In this document: piece by piece, positions 25,801 through 39,444 of the stretch | How positions within the stretch are numbered: the stretch's first letter is position 1 | Layout: the number at the start of each line of letters is the position of its first letter | NCBI RefSeq assembly: GCF_932526225.1 | Contig: NC_064039.1 | Location: 6,257,459 to 6,321,458 of the forward strand | Reading direction: 5' to 3' | Origin: Nematostella vectensis | Lineage: Eukaryota | Length of the DNA: 64,000 nt | Notes under the pieces: model-generated | Seen by the model: only the letters and a program-made list of their open reading frames with translations | Told to the model about the DNA's origin: nothing | The model's database searches: none | Translations under genes and position numbers: made by a program

Positions 25801-28800
25801 AATAATAGCAATGACCTATCACAAATAAGTCATATTCGACCTCACTGCTTGGCATACACTAGCAGGGGTGGGTCCGGGGATTTTTGAAGGGAAAGAGGGT
25901 GGATAGGTGTGAAGGCAACCTCCGCAGCACCCCCTTGATCCACTACTACCTAGCTACAAGCACACAATTCTTTATTCACAGATACTTAAAAATAATATTA
26001 TTTTAATTGGGGCATACTGTTTTCAGAGCCACACCTTTGCACATAACATGTTTATTAATCTGGTTATCAATCAGGTTATACACCTATAGCAATTAAGGTG
26101 ATCTATAAAAAATGGAAAATGATCAATGCCAAACACCACTGGTCAATGAAAACAAGTCTTGTATCTGTTTATAACATTTAGTGGGGCTAAATCATAGCAA
26201 TAGCAGGCCACATAAGATTGGGGGAGGGGGGCACAATACAACAACATTAAGAAAATATTTGGGGGGGGGACGCCCCTATTGGTAATTTCCTTATAATTTT
26301 TGAAAATATTGGTGGGGGTCACATGCCCCCAGTGCCCCACCCCCTGCTATGGCAATGTAATGAATGAATGAATTTTTAATACAAGAAAACATTATTATTT
26401 GCCAAACTTTGTTCCATCCATTCTCTTATAGTCAAACTTTATTGAAATAGGGGAATATGATGTTGGGGAAATAAAACTTGTTACCACCTCGCCTTTAAAA
26501 TGAACTCTGCTTCTGGGTGTTGTCTTAGGAAACGAGTTACTGGTGAGGAGTGGCTGGTGCGGGAGCCAGGTGCTTATTTGCCAGGAATCTTTGAACAGGT
26601 GTGAATCAGTGGAAAAAAAACTAGTGTGTTCATAGTAAAGTTGATTTCTCTTCGTGCAACTATGTAGTGAAAGGACCACTGGGCCCCAATTGGTCTTTTG
26701 TGAGCTCTTGTGAGCATTTGCTGTAAAAGCACCCTAAAATATTGTGAACAATTGGACATTGCTGGAAATTAAAATATTTGCTTTGGAATCGTAAACAATC
26801 TGTAGTAAAAAAGTCAAGCATGTGGACATTGGAAAAGAAATGCATACAAGCATCCAAACTTTTAAAATTTATGGGACCATTAAGGCCCTTTTGGATAAGA
26901 AACTTACTTCTTGCCTTCCGCTGACCATATATTTGCAGGTCAAAGGTGTCCAGGGAGCCTACACACTTACTCTCGAAAATGCCTTGCATATGATGGCCAA
27001 GGAAACATGTACTGATGGCCTCGGGAAGAAAAGGTGATTGCATATTATTACTCAACTTTTGCTTAAGAGTCGCATGTACTTATCTAGGAAAGTGTTCTCA
27101 AATTGCGATAAAAAGAGGCATTGATTGTAAAAGCGATGCCTGATTTAGAGGGTCATGGAACAATAGCAGATGTTCATAGGCCTTTAGTATGAGTTAGATC
27201 CACGACACCGGAAAGAGGATGATGGTTTGTGCATGTCTGATTGCACACACATCCATTTCTTGCAGATATCACATTGTTTTTAGGACAGCATTTCATGCTT
27301 TCCCTTGCCCCAACAGGATCTGGCACTGGCAAAAATAAGTTTGGATACAGAATGAAGCATACAGAAGCCAGTGCTACCGGAATCGTAGACCTAAATCACC
27401 CTTTTGTTTCTATGGAAGGGGGATCTTTCTCTCATTACTGTACAACTGCAGCAAACCTTTAATTGTATACCCTTGAATACCATGTATCTTAGATATCAAT
27501 TATAGAAACTATTAACTTTCTAGTTTTGTTCAGCATTTGGCCTATTCAATGAAGATAGTTTTGTTCAGCATTTGACCTATTCAATGAAGACTAGTGATGA
27601 AAAACACTTGGTCAAAGCCATCTCTTTGGTTTTGCTTTTAATGTACAAGCTGATGTAACATCTCCTCTGGTCTTGCCCTCTAGAAATGCTGGTGATGAGT
27701 GGCTTGTCACCATAGATGATACTGAATCTTATATCCCAGAGGTTTCCGAGGTGAGATCATGGCCCCAATGTTTTAGATTTCCACTTTTCTCATGCTATGA
27801 TAAGGTTCTTCTAATCACACTGACTGAGAAATAAGCGCAAAAAACTTTCCCGTCAAGAATATACATTTAAGTAGCTTGTGATTGGAAATAATTGATGAGA
27901 TTCTGTAGGCTGCTTACATTTGAGTTGCCAATTAAACAAAATTCAGCCTATATACATAGAGCTTGTGTTCTTGTGGGCTAGTTTTGGGGTCCAAAAATAT
28001 GGGGCTGTGTGAAAATGTGCTTTTTGATGGTAGTAGTGATCTTAATCACATTCTTTCTTTGTAGCACTTAGTTAAGCAAGTCAGCAAGACAATCCTGAAG
28101 AAAAGCCAGTTTTGTGTGGTCTTAGATCCAGTCAACAGCAAAGGGAAAAATCAGCTGGGCAAAAAAGAGCTGCGTAAGGGGGTCATTTCCTTCTTCTTGC
28201 ATCCAGGTAAACACCGGTGTATAGATTACATATCTTTGCTCAAAAGTGTGATAGATGATTTTGTTTCTTAAGGATAATTGCATGCTCATAGACTACACGC
28301 CATGCCTCACCTCAAACGTCCAGTTCAACTTTGCAATATAAAATTATGTGATTTTTTGGGTGGCAAACACGCCGAAACAGAAATGGCCGTGTCCCTCGCA
28401 CCAGAGAGCGACGAAAAGATAAAATCTGTCAATGAAAATGATTTTTTAGGGATGAGTACGTCGTTTTTTATTGTAATTATATGTCACCAAAAGACGGAGC
28501 ATGCGCGAGTCCAAAAAGTCACTTGATCTTCTAGTGCATGTCGCCCTCTCTACCTTGACAAGGCTTTTCATTTTAATTTGTCTTTTGTGTTTTACACAGT
28601 AAGGTTTAGATTTCAAAGGGAATGGATTATTACTCAATACAAAGGCAGTAGGCAATTACTTGGACATTGGCTTGGCTTAGGGCTCGTCTCACTATATCTG
28701 ATACATGATTTTCTATATTACATCAGGCGAGTCTCTCGAAGCGGGGGTACAGACCGCCCACATCCTTGAAGCCGATGAGTCGCTTGTCCTGTCAGCTGTC

Positions 28801-31800
28801 AACAAGTTTAAGGACAATTCTTATCCTAAAGGTAAAAGCATGTTTTTTTTTTTTGTCGTCAATCATAATTCCAACTGATATAAACATATGCGTGCATTGC
28901 TCATGGATTCCAATTATTATTCCTGCCCATTCCCATTTGCTTTCTCAAAATTCCAATTGACAACGTGTGTCTTCAAGCATTTGCGCGTCTTTACCAGGAG
29001 ATTTCTCTTAATTTCCTCATGATTTCTAATGACGCGTGCTTGCTTATCATCACGGTGCATCGCTTATTGTTTTCTTTTTCTTTGATGGTTTCCTATTGAT
29101 GACATGCGTTCGTTGATAATCAGCGTGTACTTAACCATCGTTGCTTATTCTTTTCTTATAATTTCAATTGATGACGCACGTTCCTTTATCATTAGCGCAT
29201 ATTGCTCATTGTTTTCTCATAATTCCAATTCGTGATTTGCGTTCTTTTTAGCATTAGCGCGTATTGCTCGTTGGTTTCTCATAATTCCAATTGATAAAGC
29301 GCGTTCTTTTATCATCAGCGCGTATTGCTTATTGTTTTCTCATAATTCCTATTGCTAACGCGCGTTCTTTAAGCATTTTCGCGTATTACTCATTGTTTTC
29401 TTAAAATTCCTATTCATGACGCGCGTTCTTTTAGCATCAGCGCGTATTGCTCATTGTTTTCTCATAATTCCAATTCGTGATGTACGTTCTTCTAAGCATT
29501 AGCGCGTATTGCTCAATGTTTTCTCATAATTTCAATTGCTAACGCGCGTTCTTTTATCATCAGCGCGTATTGCTTATTGTTTTCTCATAATTCTTATTGA
29601 TAAAGCGCGTTCTTTTATCATTAGCGCGTATTGCTCATTGTTTTCTCATAATTCCTATTGATGAGGAGGTTATCATATAAAAGAAATAAATGAATGCTAT
29701 GCTATGCTCTGGCTTACGGATAACACGGAATAGTTAAACCTCATCAATAAAGCGAATACAGTAGATGCCTTCTCTTGTATCGTGCGAGTATTAGTGACCA
29801 CAATAATGAGCATATAATCAAATGAAATGGGTATTTGAGATCCAAGGTGCCTCTTGACGGTGATAAACCCATCTCGAGCATATTTTATTTGATCCCTCAG
29901 AACCGGTTACCCGTCTTCCTGGTGATCGATGGATGATTCTCGGCCCCATGGATTACGTACCTCCAATCGAGGTCAAGATTATCGCCAGGAGGTATCGTAT
30001 AATATTCTATTTATACAGGTGAATGTATTGCTGGCTTGTGTACAGTGTATTCTAGGCTAAAGGCTTACGTATCATTGTAAAACCGACGTCGCGAGCGACG
30101 CCTGTCACTTTTATAGGCATACTATATCGTCAGACTAACTAAAACAAGTGCTGACAATTTTGACTTTCAGGAAAAACAATTTTGCTTAAAGCCGCATTGT
30201 CACCAGTTTACTTCCGGTCGATTATGTAACAATCTCCGATGATTTTTAACGGAAAACGCGAACAATATTTCAAAATATTTAAGGCAGTGTGTCTATTGGA
30301 AGTTTCTTCGAGGATGTGATCGATAATTTAGAGCAGATGGCCTGTTGAATATCTCGGATTTTAATAGATCCTTTTGTCTTTTAACGGTTAAGGTTTCCGT
30401 CGGACCTCCGGAAGTAAACTGGTGACAATGCGGCTTTAACTAGAATGTTTCTACCTATACTTAACATAGCATTATTGTTGTATTTTAGGAAAGCGATTCC
30501 CTTGAATGAAAATGAAGGCGTATATGTGCGAGATACACAAAGTGGAGCTGTAAGTCATGGTCATACCAAAGCCATGCGCGAGTTTCCTGCGATTAATATT
30601 ACAATAGGGGACTTGCGCTAAGAGATCACGTGACTGTTTGGGTGGCAAACGCTCAGGCTTTAAGCGGCAAAATAACAGCAACAAAAAGCAACTTATCAGC
30701 GCTCACGTGAAAAGCCAGAATTCTTTTCTGTCAGAAAGTTTCATTTAAAGATTTTATTTTTTCGTCGTTCTCTTGTGTGACGGGCGCAGTCATTTCTGGT
30801 TTTGTTTGTTTTATTATTTTGTTTTGAATCTGCCAACCAGAAAGGTCACGTGATCTCTTAGCGGCTATTTATTGTATTTGTAGGTACGCGCCGTTATGGG
30901 TCCTCAGTCATATCTCCTCAACACATTTGAGGAGCTCTGGGAGAAGGAACTCCCCGATGACATGGAAAAAATTCTCAGGTGGGATCATCTGTCACCGCTA
31001 ATCTGAGTTGTGCATATTTTAAATTGTTTGGTTTTCCTTTAAGCACACAGTCCATTCTATTCTTGAGTGAGAGTACTTTCTTGAGTGAGAGTACTTTCAA
31101 ATCAGACAACAGTTCCCGGTATAGACGTCCATATTGTCTACAATACTCAACCAAACATTGTGATGTTAAAATCCGTACATGTTATTGGTTCTTTTGTTGG
31201 TCGTTATAGTTAATGGCATGGCATTACTGTCGAATCCGTTGTATCGCGACACTGCTCTTCAAAACATCGATTTGTTGTTGTCTTTTGGGGTTTTCTGTTC
31301 CGCCTGTCAAATTATTCTAAGCCAATCAGATTCATGCCATCTCTCGCCTAGTGGAGTAAGTACGCAGCTGCTTTGTCTCCTATTATCTTTGTTTTACAAA
31401 GGAGTTCTTTTGTCTCTATTCTTCTCGTTCTTTGTGTCGAGGTGCGAATATTGTTCATTTGCCCAATCAAATTGCAGCTTGTAAGAGCTGCGTACTGACC
31501 CGCCTAGTGCAGTTGCCTGGCTTTCTGTTGCAAAACTGTCTTGTTTTTGTCCAGAGGATAGCCAGGGAAGTGCACAAAGCAAGACTCTGATTGGCTCAGA
31601 ATGGTTTTACTGACGAAACAGAAAACCAAAACAAATCGTGTTTTGAAAAAGTGGGTCTCGATACAACGGATTCGACAGTAATCCATTTACATGCCCTTTA
31701 GCAAATATAATAAATACTTTTTAGAATTTTCTATTTTCATGGTTTAGAGATTTGTACCCCTATTTTGTTTGCAGACAAGGTGGGGGCTTTGGCTCTGAGG

Positions 31801-34800
31801 ATATCCGCAAGTTGGCTTACTTTGAGTCATCAATCGATCCTGCCCTCGCCAAACATGGTGTAAGCTTGACATACCACACCCATGTCCGCTACATGTGGCT
31901 AAACACCACGCCCATCCAATCTCATGCCAATCCTACCACACCCATGTCTGCTACCTCTGGCTAAACACCACGCCCATCCAATATCATGCCAATCCTACCA
32001 CACCCATGTCTGCTACCTATGGCTAAACACCACGCCCATCCAATCTGATGCCAACCCTACCACACCCATGTCCGCTACCTCTGGCTAAACACCACGCCCA
32101 TCCAATCTCATGCCAATCCTACCACACCCATGTCTGCTACCTCTGGCTAAAGACCACGCCCATCCAATCTGATGCCAATCCTACCACACCCATGTCCGCT
32201 ACATGTGGCTAAACACCACGCCCATCCAATCTGATGCCAACCCTACCACACCCATGTCCGCTACATGTGGCTAGACACCACGCCCATCCAATCTGATGCC
32301 AACCCTACCACACCCATGTCTGCTACCTATGGCTAAACACCACGCCCATCCAATCTCATGCCAACCCTACCACACCATTGTCCGCTACCTCTGGCTAAAC
32401 ACCACGCCCATCCAATCTCATGCCAACCCTACCACACCCATGCTCGTCCCCTTTGATTAAACACCAGGGACCAGTTCCTGAAAGGCCGATTAACTTAGCC
32501 CTAGATCAGCTGTAGATTAGCCTAATCCCGGGTTAAAATACGCTGATCGTGGGTTAGCTAACCTACGGATAACTCACACAAAGTTTGGGAGGCCTGTGTT
32601 ACGCCAACTAAACCGTAGGTTAGTGAGTTAACCCACCTCGCGAGTAGGGTTAGATTTTACCTTCAAACTAACCCAGAGTTAGCGTCAATGCGGGGGTGAA
32701 CATTTAATCGGGGTTAGGGCAAATTTATCCCTGGGTTAGCGCTAATCGGCTTTTCAGGAACCGGCCCCAGGAATACTAGAGCATTCCATCCAGGATTGTA
32801 ATAAAACTTGTGTTTTATATCCATCGTGTCTGACAACCCATCACGCCTCTCTCATAATCCCGGATACAACAGGACCCATTCTTCAAGGTTATTTCATGCA
32901 TTTTTCTCCCTTCCAGGGTCGTGATAAGACTCGTGTCGTAGTCTATAGGTGTCCTGGAAACACAGCTGTTCAGGTTAGCAAATTATTCATAGTTGTTTTG
33001 TTGTTGGCCTTAAGCCTCACTTAGCTCTTCTATTACAGGTATACGACTATCGCAGGAAATCAGCTCGATTCATATTTGGACCAGATTTGGTGAGTGACTT
33101 TACTCAAGTTATCTTCAAATACCCCCCCCCCCCCGCCCCTCCCCTCCCCCCCCCAATACAAGGATCACACCGCCTATTTCTTGTTGTTTTAGATGCGATT
33201 TATAAAAAAAAAAATATTCCTTCACGACTGAAGCCAAAACGTGTCTTCTGTTGATTACAGTATACGTTTTGACGATTAAAGCGACTCGATTCGTCCTGAT
33301 GAGCTCCATATTCCTCCATATGTCCGTCTCGTAGTGTTTTTAAGAACGACTGTTACGACTGGTATGACTATATGTCGCATGACTTCACTTACATAAAGTG
33401 TGTCTTGCAGGCGGTGCTTGGACCCCACGAGAGTTTTAATGTGCTGAGCCTTAGCGGTTAGTGTTCAACCCATGTTGTCATGCTAAAGGGGTGCTTAAAG
33501 GTGGTCTATAAAAAGGTGGTCGTTTCATACTATCGCATTGACTGAATTTAATGTAAAGCTGCATCGTCGACAGTTTACCTCAGGTCGAGTACGTAACAAT
33601 GTTAATGTCAAATAGCGCGGATTCTAATAGGTTCTATTGTCTTTTAACGCTTGAGCTTTCCGTCGGACCTTCAGAAGTAAACTGGTGACAATGCGTCTTT
33701 ATAAAGCATCTGTTGTTGTTTTAGATAGCCGTCATGAGTTTGATGTCATTATATTATTTAGCCGCTATTTTATTATATTTCTTCGATCAATAATCCCCTG
33801 CCTAGGAAATTAAATAGAGGTCGAACATGGGCAACCACATGTGGCCCACAGTATTGAAAGAGGCGCGAGGCGCACAATGGATTATATAGATCACTTTTTC
33901 TTTCCCAGTAACCATTGCACACCACGAAAAAAAGCTCGTCCTCCCGAGAACACCTTGCGTTCCTCTTATCCTGCTCTTCCTCACAGTTTTAGCTACTAAG
34001 TATAAGTCTGATCAAATATACTAAGTATAAGTCTGATCAAATATACTAAGTATAAGCCTGATCAAATATACTAAGTATAAGTCTGATCAAATATACTAAG
34101 TACAAGTCTGATCAAATATACTAAGTACAAGTCTGATCAAATGTACTAAGTACAAGTTTGATCAAATGTACTAAGTACAAGTCTGATCAAATGTACTAAG
34201 TATTAGTCTGATCGAATGTACTAAGTAAAAGTCTGATCAAATGTCTTTTGGCAGCCGGTAAGCCTAAACGTCCAAACGCCCTAAAGACAATCTGCCTGAT
34301 GCTAGGACCTGATTACATCACAGACTTGTTGGAGGTGAGCCCCCAGAAATTGTATCAGGAAAAAAATAAGCCCTTTTATAACAGTTAGGAGTATTTCACA
34401 CCTCAGTAACTCACAGACACCAAAAGCAAGAAAGTGTTTGACTTCTATTATTTTACAGCGCGAAAACCAGAGGCATTCTAATGTGTTGACGGTCTCGCGA
34501 AATACGTTTTGTCTAAAGATGTTAATGCTATTTTATCATAACTATTAGAACGTTGTGGTTGGAAATAGGGGCCTCGGGGGTCTATTGACACTCGCATAGG
34601 GCCTTGATTCGGGATTTCTGAATACCTACACTCGTGTTGCACATTTTAGGTGGAGACCACGGACCATGCAAGACTTCTGATCAAGATAGCCATGAACAAT
34701 TATTTCGACGTGAGTATCATAATGGTGTTCGTAAACTGCATGATATATATCCTGTATCTTTACTGATAAGGATTCGGTCGCATGTTAAAACGCGCTATGT

Positions 34801-37800
34801 ATTGACATATAAACGGAGTAAGGGCCATTTTTTAAGAAGTACTGTAGTACGATAACTCAGGAAATTAATGAGAACATAGCTTCTATAATCTATGGATTTT
34901 CCTCCTTCACATAGGTATGTCTTTATTGCAGGTTGATCCGTCTGATCCAGAAGCAGTGAAGGACATGTTTTCAGTACCAGACTTTATTGGATTCGTCTGC
35001 AAGAATATTGGTAAGTGTTTAAAGTTTATGATTCCTTTCCTCCCATCAACATTAGCGTTGTAAAAAGAGAGAAGATAAGATAGGAAAGAAAGTGAAGCTG
35101 TTGGAAATAACTTAAATTCTAGCTCTTAGGTTTGGTTTCAAGGTTAGGTGAAAAGTTCGAAAATGCTTGTCAGTACTGTATCTTTACGTGGCGTGGTTTT
35201 TCAGCGAGTCGCATCCGCGCTAATGTCGCGCAGGTGACGTTTGACGAGTTCCATCGCTACTCAGCCAAGATCATCAGGAAGGCGGTGTTTGGAGTGGATG
35301 AGAAAGGAAATGTCAGGAACAGACTGCGATTTGACGATAATCGATTGGTGAGTACTCATGATTTGGGTGTTTCAGCCACAAAGACTGCAAATAGAACATC
35401 CCAATTGACATATTGATATCGACAGAAGCAACAGAAAGTTAAACGTTTTTTATTATTATAAAGTTTTGCTCCACCCTAATGTAAGTTGGGTAGTATATGC
35501 TCAATTACGAGGGCTTAAATGAAAAGCCGTCTACATTACGGTAACGTTGGAAATAATCTCCCTCTACTCCCGGCTGCCCTTCGTTCTCCATACGTTTCTC
35601 TTGTGGGTCTGAATAGGGATGGTGATTGCATTCTCTTAGTGCAGCTTAATGTTTGCAACGGCTTTCACAAGTGACCATCCGCACGTCAATAGCCCTCGGC
35701 AGCATTCCCGTTTTGACGCACGTCTGTGGCTGTTTTCTATGCAGGTGGTGACTAACATAGATATCCAGAGCATCGAGCCTGTTGACCTGAATATGCGCGA
35801 CAGCCTCAGCAAGTCTGTGCAGATGGCCATTGAGATCTCCACAAAGTACGTCCATTACGTATAGACACCATACCACATTGAGATCTCCACAAGGTGCCTC
35901 CATTACCTATAAATTGCATACCACATCGTGATCTCAAAATAAATAGCATACTATCCATTACACTTCCATTTTTTTACCTCGTTCTCTAAAACGCTCCAGT
36001 GGTTTCGATTGTTTCAGGCAATGCCATGTATCAGTGTATTAGACAACCCCCCAGTAGTTCAACTCTCTTGTTTCGTCTAGATCTATTGAGATGGCTGCTG
36101 CACAGGAAGCCAAAAGAACGGAACAAGCTGCCCGAGGACAATTAGAACGACAAAAACTCACCAACGAAAAGGTAACTAAACTTATGAAACAAAAATACCA
36201 CCAGGAGGGTTCTGCCCATCTATTAGAACCATTTTGTGTCGTTGACATAGATTTTTGCATACAATGAATGGACTATAATTGTTTGCAGGATGCTGAGGCT
36301 GCCCGTAAGAACCTTTATGAGCTCCAGGCAATAACAGCAGCTGTAGAGTCGTCAGGGCAGACGAAAGCTGAGTCCAAGGTAAGGTGTCCATCTTACTCAT
36401 ATTTCTTTACCCCTTTTCTGTGGTCCTTCTACTTACTTTTTCCCTCCCCCTTCTTCCTCATTCACATCCCCCTTATTTACATCTTCTTTCCCTCACCCAA
36501 GCTTCATCCTCTGGATCCCTCATCCTCTTTCCCTCCTTCCTCCTCCACATCTCCCATACTCTTCTCCCCCTCCTTCTTCTTACACGTCTCCCATACTTTT
36601 TTCCCTCCCCCCTTCTTCCTCCTCCACGTCTCCCATACTTTCCCTCCCCCTTCTTCCTCCTTCACGTCTCCCATAATTTTTCCCTACCCCTTCTTCCTCC
36701 TTCACGTCTCTCATAATCTTTCCCTCCCCCTTCTTCCTCCTCCACGTCTCCCATACTCTTTCCCTCCCCCTTCTTCCTCCTTCACGTCTCCCATAATCTT
36801 TCCCTCCCCCTTCTTCCTCCTTCACGTCTCCCATACTCTTTCCCTCCCCCCTTCTTCCTCCTCCACGTCTCCCATACTCTTTCCCTCCCCTTCTTCCTCC
36901 TTCACGTCTCCCATACTCTTTTCCTCCCCCTTCTTCCTCCTCCATGTCTCCCATACTCTTTCCCTCCCCCTTCTTCTTCCTTCACATCTCCCATAATCTT
37001 TCCCTCCCCCTTCTTCCCCCTCCACGTCTCCCATACTCTTTCCCTCCCCCTTCTTCCTCCTTCACGTCTCCCATACTCTTTCCCTCCCCCTTCTTCCTCC
37101 TCCACGTCTCCCATACTCTTTCCCTCCCCCCTTCTTCCTCCTCCATGTCTCCCATAATCTTTCCCTCCCCCTTCTTCCTCCTTCACGTCTCCCATACTCT
37201 TTCCCTCCCCCTTCTTCCTCCTTCACGTCTCCCATACTCTTTCCCTCCCCCTTCTTCCTCCTTCACGTCTCCCATACTCTTTCCCTCCCCCTTCTTCCCC
37301 CTCCACGTCTCCCATACTCTTTCCCTCCCCCTTCTTCCTCCTCCATGTCTCCCATAATCTTTCCCTCCCCATTCTTCCTCCTCCACGTCTCCCATACTCT
37401 TTCCCTCCCCATTCTTCCTCCTCCACGTCTCCCATCTTCTTTTCCTTTCTTCTTCCTTTCTCCTTCACGTCTTCCATACTCTTTTATTTATCTCCATCTC
37501 CATTATCATCTTAATTCTTTATGTATTTTTCTAGGCAAAGGCGGAAAAACTCTTGATCGAAGGTCAAAGTGCGATAGAATGTAAGTTTAATTCAGGCGCA
37601 CCATCCGTTCACGGAGGATATGTTACTTGTTCGCGAATGAATGATCACAAATACGATATGTGGCCTAACTCAGTCAACGTTTCGATAACGAAAACCACAC
37701 CTAAAAACACACTTGCAACCTTATTATTAATCTATTTCTCAGCAACACCTTCATTTAGAGTTGTTAAAGTACCTGCGTAATTAATGCGTCCTTGACTTTA

Positions 37801-39229
37801 TCAGTGGCCAGGCTGAAGGCAGAAGCGGCGCAGATAGAACTACAAGCGGAGTTGGAATCAAGAAAGATAGTAAGTTTGGAGGGTAATCGTGCGAGAATCT
37901 TTTTCGCCAGGTGTTTTTTTCTCTTGTTATGAATGTAAACTTAACGGGATTTGATAAATGAAATGGTGCTAGCATTCCATTACATATCTTTTTCAATAAC
38001 TAGACAAAGAGCTTTGTAATATGATATAAATGATAATGCTGTATATGCATTGAAAAAAGTAAAAGCATCACACAACAGGGCGTCGGATGTTTGTCGTTCT
38101 ACAGAAACGCGAAGGGGAGCTCGACTTCCTTAAGAAGAAAAACGAACAGGAAATACAGCGTGCCAAAGAACTGGCGGCCGTGGAGGTGAGAGGTGTTTTG
38201 AGATGGTTGCTCTGTGTTGGTGTTGTGTGTTGTTGTAGGTGAGGTGTTGTGTGTCGTTTTAGGTAAGGTGTTGTGTGTTGTTGTAGGTGAGGTGTTGTGT
38301 TTTATTGTAGGTGAGGTGTTGTGTTTTGTTGTAGTTTAATTGTTGTGAGATGGTTGCTTTAGGGTTAGGTGTTGTGTGTTACTGTAGGTGAGGTGTTGTG
38401 TGTTGTTGTAGGTGAGGTGTTGTGTTGTGTTTTGTTGTAGGTGAGGTATTGTGAGATGGTTGCTGTAGGGTTAGGTGTTGCGTGTTGTTGTAGATGAGGT
38501 GTTGTGTTATGGATGATGTGGGTTTGTTGTTGTGAGTGATTGGTACTGTCTGTTGGAGTGTTGTCGGTTGAATGGTTGACGAAAAGCATTTTCCATCCCC
38601 AATTCAAGGTCGCCAAGTTCTCAGCCAAGGTGAAATCAATCAAGCCAAAAACAATCAGCAACATCGCTAAGTCAGGACCGCGCTCGAAGGTAAACAGCGA
38701 TAAGCGTTAATCTTTTTCTTTGTCGTGTTTTTCCAATAAAACGAACCCAACCTCAAATAGATACAGCGCTGGCAATTTTCAACGCAATGGGAAGTAGTCT
38801 TGCGCCACTACCAAACAGCTCCAGCATTTTTGGCAAACACCAAGGGCCCTTGCAAGAACCTTTTTTGGCGTGAGGGAGGGGGACGGGGGCATGGACAGTC
38901 CTTGTTTTCATATGTGGGGGGCCAGTAGGGCTGCGATTGGGGTGAAATCCATGGATACTAAGCATTGTCGCCAAGGACTCCTTTGTCTAGGATTAACCGA
39001 GAAGGGCCGTGCTAGCAGTGTAAAATTGTGCTGGCAGTTAAATGTATAGTGACGCAACAGTGAAGACAAAGCCATAGCTACCAATACTACAACTACTATT
39101 GCATGAAGTTTTATTCGGCTTACTCTCAACTCTCTCTCTTTCCTTTCAGGCGGAGTTGCTCCAGTCACTTGGAATAGAACAAGCTCTCATTACGGATGGC
39201 AAGACACCACTGAACTTGTTCCAATCAGG
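22823..39229 (+). CDS. MVP: major vault protein gene, at least 28 coding exons. 3' terminal exon(s) downstream of 39229 were not located. Example exons: 22823-22876, 23289-23422, 23877-23943, 24020-24074, ~25680-25790, ~26939-27032, ~27640-27750, ~28060-28210, ~28730-28840, ~29890-29990, ~30490-30560, ~30890-30990, ~31770-31860, ~32910-32970, ~33045-33095, ~34248-34330, ~34650-34720, ~34930-35020, 35205-35347, 35744-35846, ~36080-36170, ~36285-36378, ~37530-37580, ~37805-37870, ~38100-38190, ~38600-38690, ~39150-39229.
   Basis: exon translations match MVP along its whole length ([18 protein letters not shown] / [44 protein letters not shown] / [13 protein letters not shown] / …/ coiled-coil cap-helix exons [39 protein letters not shown]); canonical GT-AG boundaries at each. 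Confidence 0.9.
23289..23422 (+). CDS. MVP: MVP exon 2
   Basis: CTGTAG acceptor, AC|GTGAGT donor. Confidence 0.8.
23877..23943 (+). CDS. MVP: MVP exon 3
   Basis: TTTTAG acceptor, AAG|GTAAGA donor. Confidence 0.7.
24020..24074 (+). CDS. MVP: MVP exon 4 ([18 protein letters not shown])
   Basis: AAAG acceptor, AAAG|GTTAGT donor. Confidence 0.75.
24640..25595. repeat. intronic minisatellite, ~37-bp unit CAGTGAGTATCCCTTACCTATCAGCCAACTCCATATG x ~26
   Basis: direct tandem repetition. Confidence 0.9.
28960..29665. repeat. intronic minisatellite, ~60-bp unit (…CATTAGCGCGTATTGCTCATTGTTTTCTCATAATTCCAATTGATGACGCGCGTTCTTTTAT…) x ~11
   Basis: direct tandem repetition. Confidence 0.9.
30180..30440. mobile_element. 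MITE (~260 bp) with ~36-bp TIRs TTAAAGCCGCATTGTCACCAGTTTACTTCCGG… A related shorter copy lies at 33550..33705.
   Basis: perfect terminal inverted repeats at 30186-30222 and 30392-30437; second family member shares both termini. Confidence 0.6.
31875..32440. repeat. intronic minisatellite, ~60-bp unit (…CCACGCCCATCCAATCTCATGCCAATCCTACCACACCCATGTCCGCTACCTCTGGCTAAACA…) x ~9
   Basis: direct tandem repetition. Confidence 0.9.
32459..32768. mobile_element. MITE (~310 bp) with ~26-bp TIRs GG(A/G)CC(A/G)GTTCCTGAAA(G/A)GCCGATTA
   Basis: terminal inverted repeats immediately flanking non-coding GTTAG-rich interior; sits directly after the minisatellite. Confidence 0.55.
33550..33705. mobile_element. 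second, internally deleted member of the 30180..30440 MITE family
   Basis: shares both terminal ~40 bp and the internal TTGTCTTTTAACG segment. Confidence 0.5.
33985..34250. repeat. minisatellite, 26-bp unit CTAAGTATAAGTCTGATCAAATATA x ~10
   Basis: direct tandem repetition. Confidence 0.9.
36395..37460. repeat. CT-rich minisatellite, ~40-bp unit CTCCACGTCTCCCATACTCTTTCCCTCCCCCTTCTTCCTC x ~26
   Basis: direct tandem repetition; generates long spurious low-complexity ORFs on both strands. Confidence 0.9.
38195..38520. repeat. GT-rich minisatellite, ~30-bp unit GTAGGTGAGGTGTTGTGTGTTGTT
   Basis: direct tandem repetition. Confidence 0.85.
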
Positions 39230-39444
39230 TGGACAGATAAGTACAACAGTGTTACGCGGTGCGCCTTAAGAACAAAGTATACGGACGCTAAACAAACCCT
39301 AGAATAGCAAGCACATTATCAGTTAACGAAATCGCGAATGCCAAACAATCGAAAGACATTTAGCAGTTGTACATTATTTACTTCGATGACGTATGGAGAG
39401 GCCAAATCTCTCGAAATCAGAATTCAATTTTGCGCATGTGAACC

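Noticed and set aside
27241-27462. 73-aa ORF inside MVP
   Set aside because: Lies in an MVP intron between confirmed exons and does not match MVP; no independent support.
36268-37477. Long ORFs on both strands (242 aa, 137 aa, 124 aa and others) with [13 protein letters not shown] or GGRRGRE repeats
   Set aside because: They are translations of the CT-rich 40-bp minisatellite in an MVP intron; periodic low-complexity sequence, no start context, both strands open.
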